Shown here piece after piece: positions 46,936 through 56,949 of a stretch of 64,000 nt of DNA (position 1 is the stretch's first letter; each line of letters opens with the position of its first letter). The notes beneath the pieces are model-generated. The model was given only the letters and a program-made list of their open reading frames with translations. It searched no databases and had not been told where the DNA came from. The DNA is from Deltaproteobacteria bacterium (GTDB taxonomy: Bacteria > Myxococcota_A > UBA9160 > SZUA-336), in the NCBI GenBank assembly GCA_029261895.1, contig JAJDAK010000011.1:3424-67423 (forward strand). The letters are read 5' to 3'. The translations under genes and the position numbers were made by a program.

Positions 46936-48531
46936 TCACCTGCTCGACACAGGCTGTAAATCCGCTTCGCCGTTCCGGTAGAGCGGTTCCATCAAGCCGA
47001 CGACGTCTGAGTTCAAATAGTCGGCGTGTGCACCGATCGGATCCAACCAGCCCAAGGTAAAGTCGACCATCGGTCGTGCAAGGTTTTCAAAGAAGATCCC
47101 CTCCTGGATCTCGTCCGAAGCGTCTACCGCGAAAGCGCCGCTACAAATCGGCAGGTGGCAGCCGTCCGCGAGCGAGCGCTGAAACTCTTCCATCGAAAAA
47201 ACCGGAGGAACATCTCGCTCGAGAATTCCGTGCGTCACAACGCGCCCAACGGATTCATGCAACACCCCAAGATTGAAAAAGCCTTTACTGCGTCGACCCC
47301 AGGGTACTTCCTTACCCGCCACGCGCGAAAGCGCCTCGACTGGAATTTCGACCAGCGGGATCTGCGCCAAGGTGTCCATCACATGATCAACGGGATGCGT
47401 CGCTAGCCCGCGCGTCTGCGTGTACGCATAGCTGATCGGTGTCGACACGATGGTAAATGCCAAACTCGCCGGAATACTCAGGACTTCGGCAAGCGAGCGT
47501 CGCAGTCGAAACCCGGTATCGCCAGGCAGAGACATATGCGGCCGCGGGATTCGAACGTTCGAATTCGGATCCATCGGTCGCATGCGCTCCGGCAGCGGCG
47601 CCTGCATGATGTCCTTCATCATATCTGCCGTGACTTCCATGGTCGACATCGTCGTATCGACTGCGGTACCCACGCCACTTTCGACGTAACTGAAGACGTA
47701 ACGCCGAAAGAACGCCTCAAAAAGCGTAAAACTAAATGCGTTCAAAGGAATATTGGCGACGGGAAACAAGAAACCGTTGGCATGGTCGTGCGCACTTTGG
47801 GTAACGAGAATCGGATACTCGGCGTCGTTGTGCAGACTCGGTCGTGCGAGCGCTGGCTGAATCATCAATGCAGCACTTACACGACTCGCACCGGCGAATG
47901 GTTCGGCTTTAACGGGGAACGGACCGAGGCGATTCTGCATCAGCCCCGACAAGACACGCGTGCCAAAACTATGACCGATCAGATACACGGGTGGCGATTT
48001 TTCGACATCGGGGTAGACGGAGGAAAAAATCACGTTGAGTGCGCTACGGAGACCCCCGAAGCCAATGCGGTCGGCCATCGCAGCTTTCGACCAAAATGAA
48101 ATCGGAAACAAGAGCTGGTCCGGAATGAAAGCGAGTGAATCCGCGATGATGGGGAGCGGAATCACATCGTTCAAAAGTTTGCGAAAACCTGTTTGTGACG
48201 AATCCCAACCAACAGCGATAACCGCGGTTTCACGGAGATCGAGCGCCGACTCCTTACTGAAGTCATCCAACAAGTGCCGATACGTCGAATACGAGACCTC
48301 ACCGTCATTCGCCCAGCCGTAACTGATGACCAAAATACGCTTGATCCCGAGATGAGCGCGCATTTCCTGAACGGCGAGTTCGACCTCGAAGGGGTCCACG
48401 AGATTTCCCCAACGATTAAAGGACAACACGTAGAGCCCGTGAAACATGGGCTCTTGCGCCTTCGCGGCGCTGGCCATCAGGCCCGCGGTCGCGATCAAAA
48501 GCACCAATAACGTGGCGGATAGATTTTTCAC
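46936..48531 (-). CDS. Secreted alpha/beta-hydrolase-like hypothetical protein
   Basis: Signal peptide; SYGW, nucleophile elbow GHSFG, C-terminal GAHADY. Confidence 0.6.
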   Translation of the reverse strand: MKNLSATLLVLLIATAGLMASAAKAQEPMFHGLYVLSFNRWGNLVDPFEVELAVQEMRAHLGIKRILVISYGWANDGEVSYSTYRHLLDDFSKESALDLRETAVIAVGWDSSQTGFRKLLNDVIPLPIIADSLAFIPDQLLFPISFWSKAAMADRIGFGGLRSALNVIFSSVYPDVEKSPPVYLIGHSFGTRVLSGLMQNRLGPFPVKAEPFAGASRVSAALMIQPALARPSLHNDAEYPILVTQSAHDHANGFLFPVANIPLNAFSFTLFEAFFRRYVFSYVESGVGTAVDTTMSTMEVTADMMKDIMQAPLPERMRPMDPNSNVRIPRPHMSLPGDTGFRLRRSLAEVLSIPASLAFTIVSTPISYAYTQTRGLATHPVDHVMDTLAQIPLVEIPVEALSRVAGKEVPWGRRSKGFFNLGVLHESVGRVVTHGILERDVPPVFSMEEFQRSLADGCHLPICSGAFAVDASDEIQEGIFFENLARPMVDFTLGWLDPIGAHADYLNSDVVGLMEPLYRNGEADLQPVSSR

Positions 48532-48596
48532 GGGCCGCAGTATCCCTCTGTAGCACTCGCTTGGATAGGCATGGCAGCTCGAGACCGGGATTTTCC

Positions 48597-48654
48597 TTGA
48601 CCTCCCCCGGGCTCATTCGTATGCTTGGACGAAATTTGAGGAGGACTCAATTTT
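48597..48654 (+). promoter_or_regulatory. sigma70 promoter TTGACC-17-TATGCT plus palindrome AAATTTGAG-gagga-CTCAATTTT (48632-48654)
   Basis: Canonical spacing. The inverted repeat sits at the inferred start site and RBS; a tetR gene follows in the same operon. Confidence 0.68.
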
Positions 48655-48656
48655 AA

Positions 48657-50240
48657 ATGACCCGCCCTCACGACTTCAAACGGAACTCGTCCCAAGACTG
48701 GCCCTTCCCCTTTTCAGCACCGGGGCGACCCAAGAAGCGTGCACTACCTGCGCGCACCGAATCCCGATGGCCTTTCACAAGCATCGACGCGCTGGACTCC
48801 GAACAGCCCCCACCCGTATTTGTGCGCAGTCCGGTTTCGGTCGAAAGTCTCAAGAAGGAACTGCTCGGCTTCGCCGATGATGTCGGCGTCATCTCGATCG
48901 ACCATCCTGCGATCGCACACGAGCGCGATGAGATTCGTTACGTCTACCCGCATGCAAAGTCGTTGATCTGTCTGATTGGCAAAGAAAATAAGGCGGCCAT
49001 GCAGTCGCGCTACCTACCCACGGCCAATCACGAGCTCTACACCTGCGAAGAGCGCATCTTCGAAATGGGTCGTCGCACGATCGAATATATCGAAACACTT
49101 GGCGGCGCGGGACTCACCACGACCATTGGCTGGCCACAAGAAGTTTCTCAACGCTGGGCGGATAAAATCTGGCCGCTGTCGCATAGGTTGGTCGCGCAGG
49201 CGGCAGGTCTTGGCGTGATCGGAACCAGTCGAAATTTCTTACACAAGAAGTTCGGTGCCTATTGCTTGATCGATACCGTCGTATCGAACTTGGAATTTCC
49301 CGATCGTGAATTCGACCAGACCTCGGAATGGAATCCGTGCCTCAACTGCAATCTATGTGTGGCATCCTGCCCAACCGACGCCATTAAAAGCGACGGTGAT
49401 TTCGACTTCTTCGCCTGTTACAACCACACCTACCGCGATTCGATACCGGGGTTCCTCGATCTCGTACAGGATCTTGGCGCTGCCAAACCGAAGCGCTTCG
49501 CCAAGCGCTGGAACGACTCCGAGATCGCGGCACTTTGGCAATCCCTTTCGTTCAAGGTCGAGTACCGCTGCTTCAACTGCGTGGCAACGTGTCCTGCAGA
49601 AATTCACGGACCGTTCCATGCTGACCGTGGCGTGCGGCGCGACTACCTCGATCATGTGATGAAGCCGCTCGCCCATACCCGTCGTCATGTCGAGGAACAG
49701 TTCGTCATCGACACACCATCGGCGCGCGAAGAATTCGGCATACCGCCCGGACAGTGGCGAACGCGTCCAGATATTACGCGCCCCAACGCGCGCGGCACCC
49801 GGCTCGTCAACCTGCAGCGCATCCGCACATCGAATATCGATTCGATGATGCGTAATATGCCGCATTACTTTCGCGGGACCGAAGCGCGCGGCCTCGACTT
49901 CGTGGCCCACCTCGCGTTTAGCGGCGATGGGGGTGGTGACTGGACATTGCGCATCGCCGAACAACGCTGTCAGGTCGTTCCCGAAGCGCCGCCGAAAGCC
50001 GACCTTCGACTACGCTGCGATGGCAGCCTGTTCTTACGCATTCACCGCGGCGAAACGAGCCCTGTTTGGGCACTGATCACAGGTCGATTGCGCCTCGATG
50101 GCCGGCGCGAACTCTTTCTTCATTTCGCTCGACTCTTTCCCTCAACGCTTGGGAATACTCTGCTCGAGCGAGCACAGTGGTATGGGAGACGGATATGGCA
50201 GCGCATTCAGAAACCTTGGCGGAAAAACCGAACGACGTAA
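48657..50240 (+). CDS. QueG/reductive dehalogenase-like 2x[4Fe-4S] (probably cobalamin) enzyme fused to a C-terminal SCP2 domain
   Basis: ADDVG, SHRLVAQAAGLGVIG.SRNFLHKKFG, CLNCNLCVASCPTDAI, CY, CFNCVATCP; SCP2 region FSGDGGGDW...LITGRLRLDG. Confidence 0.8.
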   Translation: MTRPHDFKRNSSQDWPFPFSAPGRPKKRALPARTESRWPFTSIDALDSEQPPPVFVRSPVSVESLKKELLGFADDVGVISIDHPAIAHERDEIRYVYPHAKSLICLIGKENKAAMQSRYLPTANHELYTCEERIFEMGRRTIEYIETLGGAGLTTTIGWPQEVSQRWADKIWPLSHRLVAQAAGLGVIGTSRNFLHKKFGAYCLIDTVVSNLEFPDREFDQTSEWNPCLNCNLCVASCPTDAIKSDGDFDFFACYNHTYRDSIPGFLDLVQDLGAAKPKRFAKRWNDSEIAALWQSLSFKVEYRCFNCVATCPAEIHGPFHADRGVRRDYLDHVMKPLAHTRRHVEEQFVIDTPSAREEFGIPPGQWRTRPDITRPNARGTRLVNLQRIRTSNIDSMMRNMPHYFRGTEARGLDFVAHLAFSGDGGGDWTLRIAEQRCQVVPEAPPKADLRLRCDGSLFLRIHRGETSPVWALITGRLRLDGRRELFLHFARLFPSTLGNTLLERAQWYGRRIWQRIQKPWRKNRTT

Positions 50241-50836
50241 GAAAACCGCGTTCGCGGGCCTGGCGTTGGGACCCTGAAGGGCGACGTGCACGCATTCTCC
50301 ACGCCGCCGCGCACGAGTTTGGCCGCAAGGGTTATCACGCAACCCGCGTGGAAGACATTGCGAAAGCCGCGGACGTCGCGGAGGGAACGGTCTACCACTG
50401 GTTTCGTACCAAACGCGGCTTGCTCATCGCCGTGGGCGACCGTTACGGACAAAGGCTAGCTGAGGCTGCGTTCGGCGGAATTGGGGCATCGCCGCAGCCA
50501 TCCGACGTGGAATCGGTCGTACAGAGCGTTTTTGCATTCGTGCGTGAAACCGAACAACCACTCGCGGCATTCATACTCTCGAACCAAACGGATGAAGGTG
50601 CACCCGCACAAGCCGCGAGTCGTGCACAGATGCTCGAAGCTATTCAGTCCGTACTCGACCTCTGGGTTCGAAGCGGCGAGGCGCCCGCGATGAATACGCA
50701 GATCGCCGCCAAGGTGCAATACGGTTTGGTCGAAGCCGCGCTGCGCACATGCTTTCTCGAGGAAGGCGGTGCGGATGAGGCCGCGTATCAAACTGAAGTC
50801 ACGCGTGCGCTACGCGCATCTCTGCACAAGCGCTAA
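50195..50836 (+). CDS. TetR/AcrR family transcriptional regulator
   Basis: HTH IAKAADVAEGTVYHWFRTK. Start set to ATG 50195. Confidence 0.9.
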   Translation: MAAHSETLAEKPNDVRKPRSRAWRWDPEGRRARILHAAAHEFGRKGYHATRVEDIAKAADVAEGTVYHWFRTKRGLLIAVGDRYGQRLAEAAFGGIGASPQPSDVESVVQSVFAFVRETEQPLAAFILSNQTDEGAPAQAASRAQMLEAIQSVLDLWVRSGEAPAMNTQIAAKVQYGLVEAALRTCFLEEGGADEAAYQTEVTRALRASLHKR

Positions 50837-50849
50837 GACCTAAGCCGCG

Positions 50850-51269
50850 CTAGGGCTCCAGATCGTCAACGTCTAGCTGTCCACTCACGCGCCGGCGAAC
50901 CAATGACCAGCTCAGCCCTGCGGCTAGTACCCCGGACAGTACGAAGATCACGAGGTACGACACCACGCGAACGCTGTCGGTAGGCAATCCCGCGTACTCG
51001 ATCAGCAACCAGACGAGCGTGCCAAAAAAGGCCAGCGCTAGCGCCAATCCAAACGCGCCGAGCGAGCGCATGGTGGCGCGGAGAAAGACCGTCCAGGCGA
51101 TCAAGAGCACGACGCCGGCGAAGGCCTTCAGCGCGTCGAAATCGGGCAAGCCCGCGAGCGCCCAATGGTAGTAGGAGAATCCCTCCGGATTGTACGTAGC
51201 CAGAATGAGCAGCACCGCGGCCAAAAAGCGTATCCCCGCACCCGCCCAAGTGAATTCTCGATCCGACAT
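50850..51269 (-). CDS. DUF6524-like four-TM membrane protein
   Basis: ATYNPEGFSYYHW...GLSWS..RRRVSGQLDVDD. Confidence 0.75.
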   Translation of the reverse strand: MSDREFTWAGAGIRFLAAVLLILATYNPEGFSYYHWALAGLPDFDALKAFAGVVLLIAWTVFLRATMRSLGAFGLALALAFFGTLVWLLIEYAGLPTDSVRVVSYLVIFVLSGVLAAGLSWSLVRRRVSGQLDVDDLEP

Positions 51270-51370
51270 CCCCCCTCCCCTTTTTCAAATGGAATCATAG
51301 CGTGTTACCGATGTCGCCAACCGGCATCAGAGTCTGAAACGGGTAAGATGCCCTGCACCTGGAGGAACAC

Positions 51371-52117
51371 GTGATGCTGAACGAGAAACAGATCAAACAA
51401 TGCGAGGACAGCCGCTGGGACTTTTCAGATCTCAACGCTCTGTTTTTGAATTGCACTTTAAAACGATCCCCCGAGCGTTCCCATACAGATGGGTTGGTTC
51501 AAATCTCGCGCGCGATCATGGAGAAAAACGGTGTGACGGTCGATGCGCTGCGACCTATCGATCATCAGCTCGCGTTTGGCGTCTACCCGGATATGACTCA
51601 AAAGGGTTGGGACCGCGACGATTGGCCGGAGATTTACGAAAAGGTAAAAAAGGCAGATATCTTGGTTCTCACTATGCCTATCTGGCTTGGCGAAAAATCT
51701 TCGGTCTGCACGCAGGTGATCGAGCGGCTCTACTCATCGTCGGGTGATCTGAACGCCAATGGCCAATACGCCTACTACGGACGTGTTGGCGGTTGCTTGG
51801 TCACGGGTAACGAGGACGGTGCGAAGCATTGCTCGATGAACGTGCTGTATTCGTTGCAACATTTAGGATACGTGATTCCCCCGCAAGCCGACGCCGCGTG
51901 GCTCGGCGAAGCTGGACCCGGTCCGTCCTATCTCGATGAAGGTTCCGGCGGGCCTGAGAATGAATTTACCAATCGCAATACCACCTTCATGACTTGGAAC
52001 TTGATGCACATGGCGCGCATGATTAAGGACGCGGGTGGTATTCCTGCACACGGCAATCAACGCTCGGAATGGGATGCCGGCTGTCGCTTCGATTACCCGA
52101 ACCCGGAGCATCGATAG
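51371..52117 (+). CDS. Flavodoxin family protein (NADPH-dependent FMN reductase-like)
   Basis: NCTLKRSP..SHT, PIWLGEKSS, TGNEDG motifs. Confidence 0.88.
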   Translation: MMLNEKQIKQCEDSRWDFSDLNALFLNCTLKRSPERSHTDGLVQISRAIMEKNGVTVDALRPIDHQLAFGVYPDMTQKGWDRDDWPEIYEKVKKADILVLTMPIWLGEKSSVCTQVIERLYSSSGDLNANGQYAYYGRVGGCLVTGNEDGAKHCSMNVLYSLQHLGYVIPPQADAAWLGEAGPGPSYLDEGSGGPENEFTNRNTTFMTWNLMHMARMIKDAGGIPAHGNQRSEWDAGCRFDYPNPEHR

Positions 52118-52120
52118 CCA

Positions 52121-53008
52121 TTGAGCCAAGGCAATGACGCGATCGATCGACCTATCATCGTGCTCGGTACGGGACGAAGCGGGACGTCGTTGTTTTTCGA
52201 CCTTCTCGCCTTTCACCCGCAGCTCGCTTGGTTTTCAAATTACGATGAGCGTTTCGGCTGGCCTCCATTCTGGGGGCTGCTGAACCGCGTCCACGACCTA
52301 CCGGGGATTTCGAATCGACTGAATCATACTTCGCGCTATATACCGCGACCGGTCGAGTCTTATCGAATGCTCGACCGCTGCACGTTTGGCTTGTTCACTG
52401 AAAATCGAGACCTTACGCGCAGCGACGCCACGGATCGTGTGCGCAAACGGTTTCGGAAGCAAGTCAGATGGCAGATGCAGCTACAGGGGAAACGGCGCTT
52501 CATTACCAAGTACACGGGCGTGCCGAGAACCGACTTCGTTCGAGAGATTTTTCCCGATGCCCGCTTTATCCACGTCTACCGTGATGGTCGTTCGGTCGCA
52601 AATTCGTTCTTGAACGTCGACTGGTGGCCCCAGGACGAAACGGGTTGGTGGTACGGCGAGATGCCGGCTGAAGTGCGAGAACGCTATGAAGCCTCTGGCC
52701 GTTCCCCCGTGGTGCTCGCGGGATTGGTTTGGTCCACGCTCGTCACCGCGATCGATCAGGAATTGAAAGCGATGCCCGAGAACCAAACGCTCAGCATTCG
52801 TTATGACGAACTCATCCGCGATCCGGTCGCGACGTTACAGCGGGCAACGGATTTCTGTGGTCTCAATCGATCTGACGACTTCGAAAATCATGTGCGTTCG
52901 ATACGCGTGAATGATCGCGACAATAAGTGGAAGCACGACCTAACCCCGGAGCAGCAGCGATTGCTTGAGGGTACGATCGAAGAAACCCTACGATGTTTCA
53001 ATTACTAA
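52121..53008 (+). CDS. Sulfotransferase family protein
   Basis: 5'-PSB motif GTGRSGTS, 3'-PB motif RDGRSVANS, RYDEL..DP. Confidence 0.88.
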   Translation: MSQGNDAIDRPIIVLGTGRSGTSLFFDLLAFHPQLAWFSNYDERFGWPPFWGLLNRVHDLPGISNRLNHTSRYIPRPVESYRMLDRCTFGLFTENRDLTRSDATDRVRKRFRKQVRWQMQLQGKRRFITKYTGVPRTDFVREIFPDARFIHVYRDGRSVANSFLNVDWWPQDETGWWYGEMPAEVRERYEASGRSPVVLAGLVWSTLVTAIDQELKAMPENQTLSIRYDELIRDPVATLQRATDFCGLNRSDDFENHVRSIRVNDRDNKWKHDLTPEQQRLLEGTIEETLRCFNY

Positions 53009-54723
53009 TTAAAAGAAATCGATTTCGACGCCTGACTTCCCGCGGTACCGGAGCCTTGATAGGTGAGCGTTCCGGATTGGACGTTCGATCCGATCAAGCG
53101 CCAGGTCCGTACCCAGCCACCAATCACATTGGATCCCTGGCAGAAAACCTTCTCGGAGCCAATCTGTTCCATTTGAATTCCATTGACGGTCATGGAATTC
53201 GACAGCGCATAACCGAATTCGAGGGTGGAGACAAAGATATTGCCACCGTGATTCCCCGCGTTAAACGCCCCGAAAGAAATTGGAACCCATTGGTTGTTGG
53301 AGATGCTTGAACCCACGGCCATGATCTCTACCTGACGTAACGTCGGCACCACAGGACACGCGGAAATTTCGGACCCTTGCGGGAACCACGAGGGATACGG
53401 ATTCCCAATCGGCAAGGTGCCGCCGCCCCCACCATTGAGGACCACGAGGTAGGTGATGTCTTGGCGCGCCTTTACCTCGGTTGAACCCGTCGAAAACCCA
53501 GACTTCGACGCGCGCATTACGTGCACGTCTACAAAATCTTGGTTGTTCCAGGAAAAGAAACCGGGAATCAGAAAACGTTCCTCGGTCAAGCCGAACGCAC
53601 CCGTTGTCGAGACGCCGAGGTTTTCGCCCATAACATTGGTCATCGTCACCGTCGCGCCGACAACCCCGGTGCGAGACGACGTTTCCACCACACCGCCAAC
53701 CGAATACCACGCGTCGAGAATCGAGTTTTCATCGGTTTCGACCGAACTCCGTTCACCGACGATCGGATCGAGCACACGAGGCATGTAGAGACCCACGGTA
53801 CGATTGACCGCGACCGATATCCCCTCAGGCAATGCGTCCGCAGTTGCCAGGACATGACGAAAATCCGTTCCACAGCGAATGCTGCCGGAATCAAACACGT
53901 TATCCCAGGTATTGCGTAGCTCGATGCACGGGCCGACGGCAGCATCGAAGTCCACGCGGCTGAAGTGATTGGCGACCGGATACCCCACTACGCCGGGTGC
54001 TACCTCGGTCGCAGCGATCAAGAGCTGCCCCATTTCATCGCGATAAAATCGATTTTCAAACGCATTGCCCGCGATCAGCGTGAGATCGCGAAGCTGATTA
54101 CTATGGAGCCGGGCGCCTTCGGTACTGTCCAATACCAACCCGATCATCGCGCCCTCAGAACTGACCGAACTCACCTTGGCCTTCTGCGAACCGTCCAAGA
54201 AAATGTTTATGACCCTGTTGTTGGAGAATTCGGAGCGTTGAAGATCCAATCGCGTCACGGCCGGATCGGCATAGAGACCGATATTGGTATTGTCGTGGAC
54301 GTTGATTCCCCTGATCCGCGCACGTTTGGTGGCGCCGTAGATTTCGATGCCGTTCTGGTTTCCCGAAAGCTCGGTATCCCTCAACGTAATCGACCGAACG
54401 TTGGCGAAGAGTAGACCGGTTTGAAAGCGTTCGACTTTCACGTCGCGGACATAGCCACGTTTCTGGTCCTCCACGAGGATACCGATCGTACCCGCCTCAC
54501 CGTTACCGCTGACGCGGAAGCCGCGTCCATCCAAATACGCGCGCGCGGCGATCTTCAACGCGTAGGGAGTGGAACAGGGACCTAGGTTCTTGGTGAGGCG
54601 CGCGCGGCGCACCACGGTATCGCCGCATTCGCAGCTCACCCTGCCACCGCAGTCACCGGCGAATACGCCGTCTGCGAGCGGGCTCAAACCCAGTACCAGC
54701 AACAAGAAAAGGCTGCGCATCAT
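53005..54723 (-). CDS. Secreted right-handed parallel beta-helix protein with a C-terminal DUF4879-like domain
   Basis: Signal peptide; C-G-x3-C-x-CGD cap; Asn-ladder repeats; GGGGG linker; AVGSS...NHGG...LEFGY. Confidence 0.7.
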   Translation of the reverse strand: MMRSLFLLLVLGLSPLADGVFAGDCGGRVSCECGDTVVRRARLTKNLGPCSTPYALKIAARAYLDGRGFRVSGNGEAGTIGILVEDQKRGYVRDVKVERFQTGLLFANVRSITLRDTELSGNQNGIEIYGATKRARIRGINVHDNTNIGLYADPAVTRLDLQRSEFSNNRVINIFLDGSQKAKVSSVSSEGAMIGLVLDSTEGARLHSNQLRDLTLIAGNAFENRFYRDEMGQLLIAATEVAPGVVGYPVANHFSRVDFDAAVGPCIELRNTWDNVFDSGSIRCGTDFRHVLATADALPEGISVAVNRTVGLYMPRVLDPIVGERSSVETDENSILDAWYSVGGVVETSSRTGVVGATVTMTNVMGENLGVSTTGAFGLTEERFLIPGFFSWNNQDFVDVHVMRASKSGFSTGSTEVKARQDITYLVVLNGGGGGTLPIGNPYPSWFPQGSEISACPVVPTLRQVEIMAVGSSISNNQWVPISFGAFNAGNHGGNIFVSTLEFGYALSNSMTVNGIQMEQIGSEKVFCQGSNVIGGWVRTWRLIGSNVQSGTLTYQGSGTAGSQASKSISFN

Positions 54724-54886
54724 TCAACTCCAAAGACCGTAACCGTATGTGGATGGATGCATGATACAGGCCGAAAGAGATGAGTCTATCACGAGTCGGC
54801 AAGCGAAGAGCAGGTGGGTACCGATCTGGAGCCTCGCACTGGCGAAATTACTTCCCTGGGCCTACCCCCGCGCGTAGTATCGGAGC

Positions 54887-56143
54887 ATGCAATCAGCCAT
54901 TCCTAAATCGATTGATGTCATCAACGCTGCCCAATATGGGCAGACGGGTTACCCGCATGATGAATGGACTCGGATGCGGCGCGAATCGCCGGTTCACTAT
55001 TGTGAGCCTCCGGGTTACAAGCCTTTTTGGGCGATCACCAAGCACGCCGACATCACAGAGATTTCAAAGCAGCCTGAAAAATTTCGCAGCTTCGGGCGCT
55101 TCATTCTGTTTCCAGAGGCCATGGGCGAGGCAGAGCAACTGACTGAAAATCCACCGCTGCGCATGCTCGTCAACATGGATCCGCCCGAACACCGCGACTA
55201 TCGCAAGCTCGTGAGCCATTGGTTCACACCGCGAGCCATCGGAAACTTGAAACCGCGACTCGAGGAAATCACCGCGGAGATTTTTGACGACCTGGCAAGA
55301 GACGGTAGTACCTATGAATGCGATTTTGTTTACGAGATCGCGGTCAAGCAACCCCTCCGCATGATCACCGAACTACTTGGCATTCCCCGCAACGACGAGG
55401 ATTTTGTACTTCGTATCACCAACGAGAATTTCGGTCAGGAGGATCCAGAATTCCAACGCAAAGGTGAAACGCCGGAAGAGCGCCTTGGTTTTCTACAGGA
55501 GGCGTTTGGGTACCTGGCGAAAATCACTGAAGAGCGTCGACTCCAACCTCGGAACGATCTTACAACCGTGCTCGCAAATGCGACGTTCGACGGGGAACCC
55601 GTGCCGCAGTTTGAACTTTTCTCACTGTATTTTTTGATTATGGTCGCCGGACACGATACGACACGAAACGCCATCTCCCATGGCATGCAAGCGCTCTTCG
55701 AACATCCGGATCAACTCCATGAGCTGCTGGAAAATCCCGGGCTTGCTGGTACCGCGGCAGATGAGATCGTGCGTTGGACCACACCGGTCAATCATTTCGC
55801 ACGAACCGCCACTGCCGATTACGAACTACGCGGACAGAAAATTCGCGAAGGCGATTCAGTGGCGCTCTTTTATGCATCAGCCAATCGAGACGAAGAGGTT
55901 TTCGAAGATCCGTTCGCGTTCCGTCTTGACCGATCACCGAATCCCCATCTTGGCTTTGGCATTGGGGAACATTTCTGCCTCGGCGCGCATTTGGCTCGAA
56001 TCGACCTTCAGGTATTCTTTCGGCAATTCGCAGAGCGCGTCGAGTCGATCGAGCTCGCGGGACCGATCGAACAGTTACAGTCGAGCTTCGTTTGCGGACC
56101 CAAGCGGCTGCCCGTGCGCTACCGCTTCAAGCCGAGAGTGTAA
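54887..56143 (+). CDS. Cytochrome P450
   Basis: MDPPEH, AGHDTT, EIVR, FGIGEHFCLG. Confidence 0.95.
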   Translation: MQSAIPKSIDVINAAQYGQTGYPHDEWTRMRRESPVHYCEPPGYKPFWAITKHADITEISKQPEKFRSFGRFILFPEAMGEAEQLTENPPLRMLVNMDPPEHRDYRKLVSHWFTPRAIGNLKPRLEEITAEIFDDLARDGSTYECDFVYEIAVKQPLRMITELLGIPRNDEDFVLRITNENFGQEDPEFQRKGETPEERLGFLQEAFGYLAKITEERRLQPRNDLTTVLANATFDGEPVPQFELFSLYFLIMVAGHDTTRNAISHGMQALFEHPDQLHELLENPGLAGTAADEIVRWTTPVNHFARTATADYELRGQKIREGDSVALFYASANRDEEVFEDPFAFRLDRSPNPHLGFGIGEHFCLGAHLARIDLQVFFRQFAERVESIELAGPIEQLQSSFVCGPKRLPVRYRFKPRV

Positions 56144-56148
56144 TTTCG

Positions 56149-56949
56149 ATGATCGAAACACCCCATCAGCCATCGGCCGAACTTCATTCCATCGGCACCT
56201 ACGTTCGACTCGTATCCACGCCCCTGGATCGCGTGTTTGAGAATGCGTACGACTGGGAGCACCTGCCCTGGCTCCATGCCCAGGACTTTGCATCGATCTC
56301 ACTTCACGAGAGCGGTCCCTGGGGTTGGCGCGCGCAAATCGGACTGCGACCCGACAGCCGAGGCACACTCGATTTAGAACTTCTCGTCAATCGAGAACAT
56401 TCGTGTTGGGTGTCACGCCCGTGCGGCGGCGAAAGTATGGGCGAAGTATGGACCTATGCGAAAGCCTCGAGTCCGACGGAAACACGCTTGGAGATCAGTT
56501 TTCACGTACCCGTCAAACTCCTGCCCGCAAAAGAGATCCTTTTCGAACAGTATCAGGCGCTGTATCGGCGACTTTGGAATCAAGACGAAGAGATGGCTTG
56601 GCTTCGCGAACGACGTTCATCACGACCACCGTCCGCTGCAACAGAGTTGGATCTTGGATCGGTGAAATCGGTCCGCGCGAGCCTGCCCCTGCAAGTTGAG
56701 TTCGGCGGCCGCCCTTTCCGCCTGGTAGACCTCGACGGCGAACTGGTCGTGCATTCCGCGACCTGTCCGCATTGGTTGGGCCCGTTACAGAATGCCAGTG
56801 TTGTGGACGGCTGCGTGACCTGCCCATGGCATGGCTATCGATTCGATATTCGTACGGGCGAGAACGTGGAAGGACGGAAACTCAAACTTGCGAAAGCGCC
56901 CGCGGTCATCATCGAAGATCATCGCGTGCTGCTTCGAAGTACGGACTAA
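56149..56949 (+). CDS. Rieske [2Fe-2S] protein with an N-terminal oxygenase-like catalytic domain (inverted domain order)
   Basis: N-terminal ENAYDWEHLPWLH; C-terminal CPH...CPWHGYRFD. Start ATG 56149. Confidence 0.82.
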   Translation: MIETPHQPSAELHSIGTYVRLVSTPLDRVFENAYDWEHLPWLHAQDFASISLHESGPWGWRAQIGLRPDSRGTLDLELLVNREHSCWVSRPCGGESMGEVWTYAKASSPTETRLEISFHVPVKLLPAKEILFEQYQALYRRLWNQDEEMAWLRERRSSRPPSAATELDLGSVKSVRASLPLQVEFGGRPFRLVDLDGELVVHSATCPHWLGPLQNASVVDGCVTCPWHGYRFDIRTGENVEGRKLKLAKAPAVIIEDHRVLLRSTD

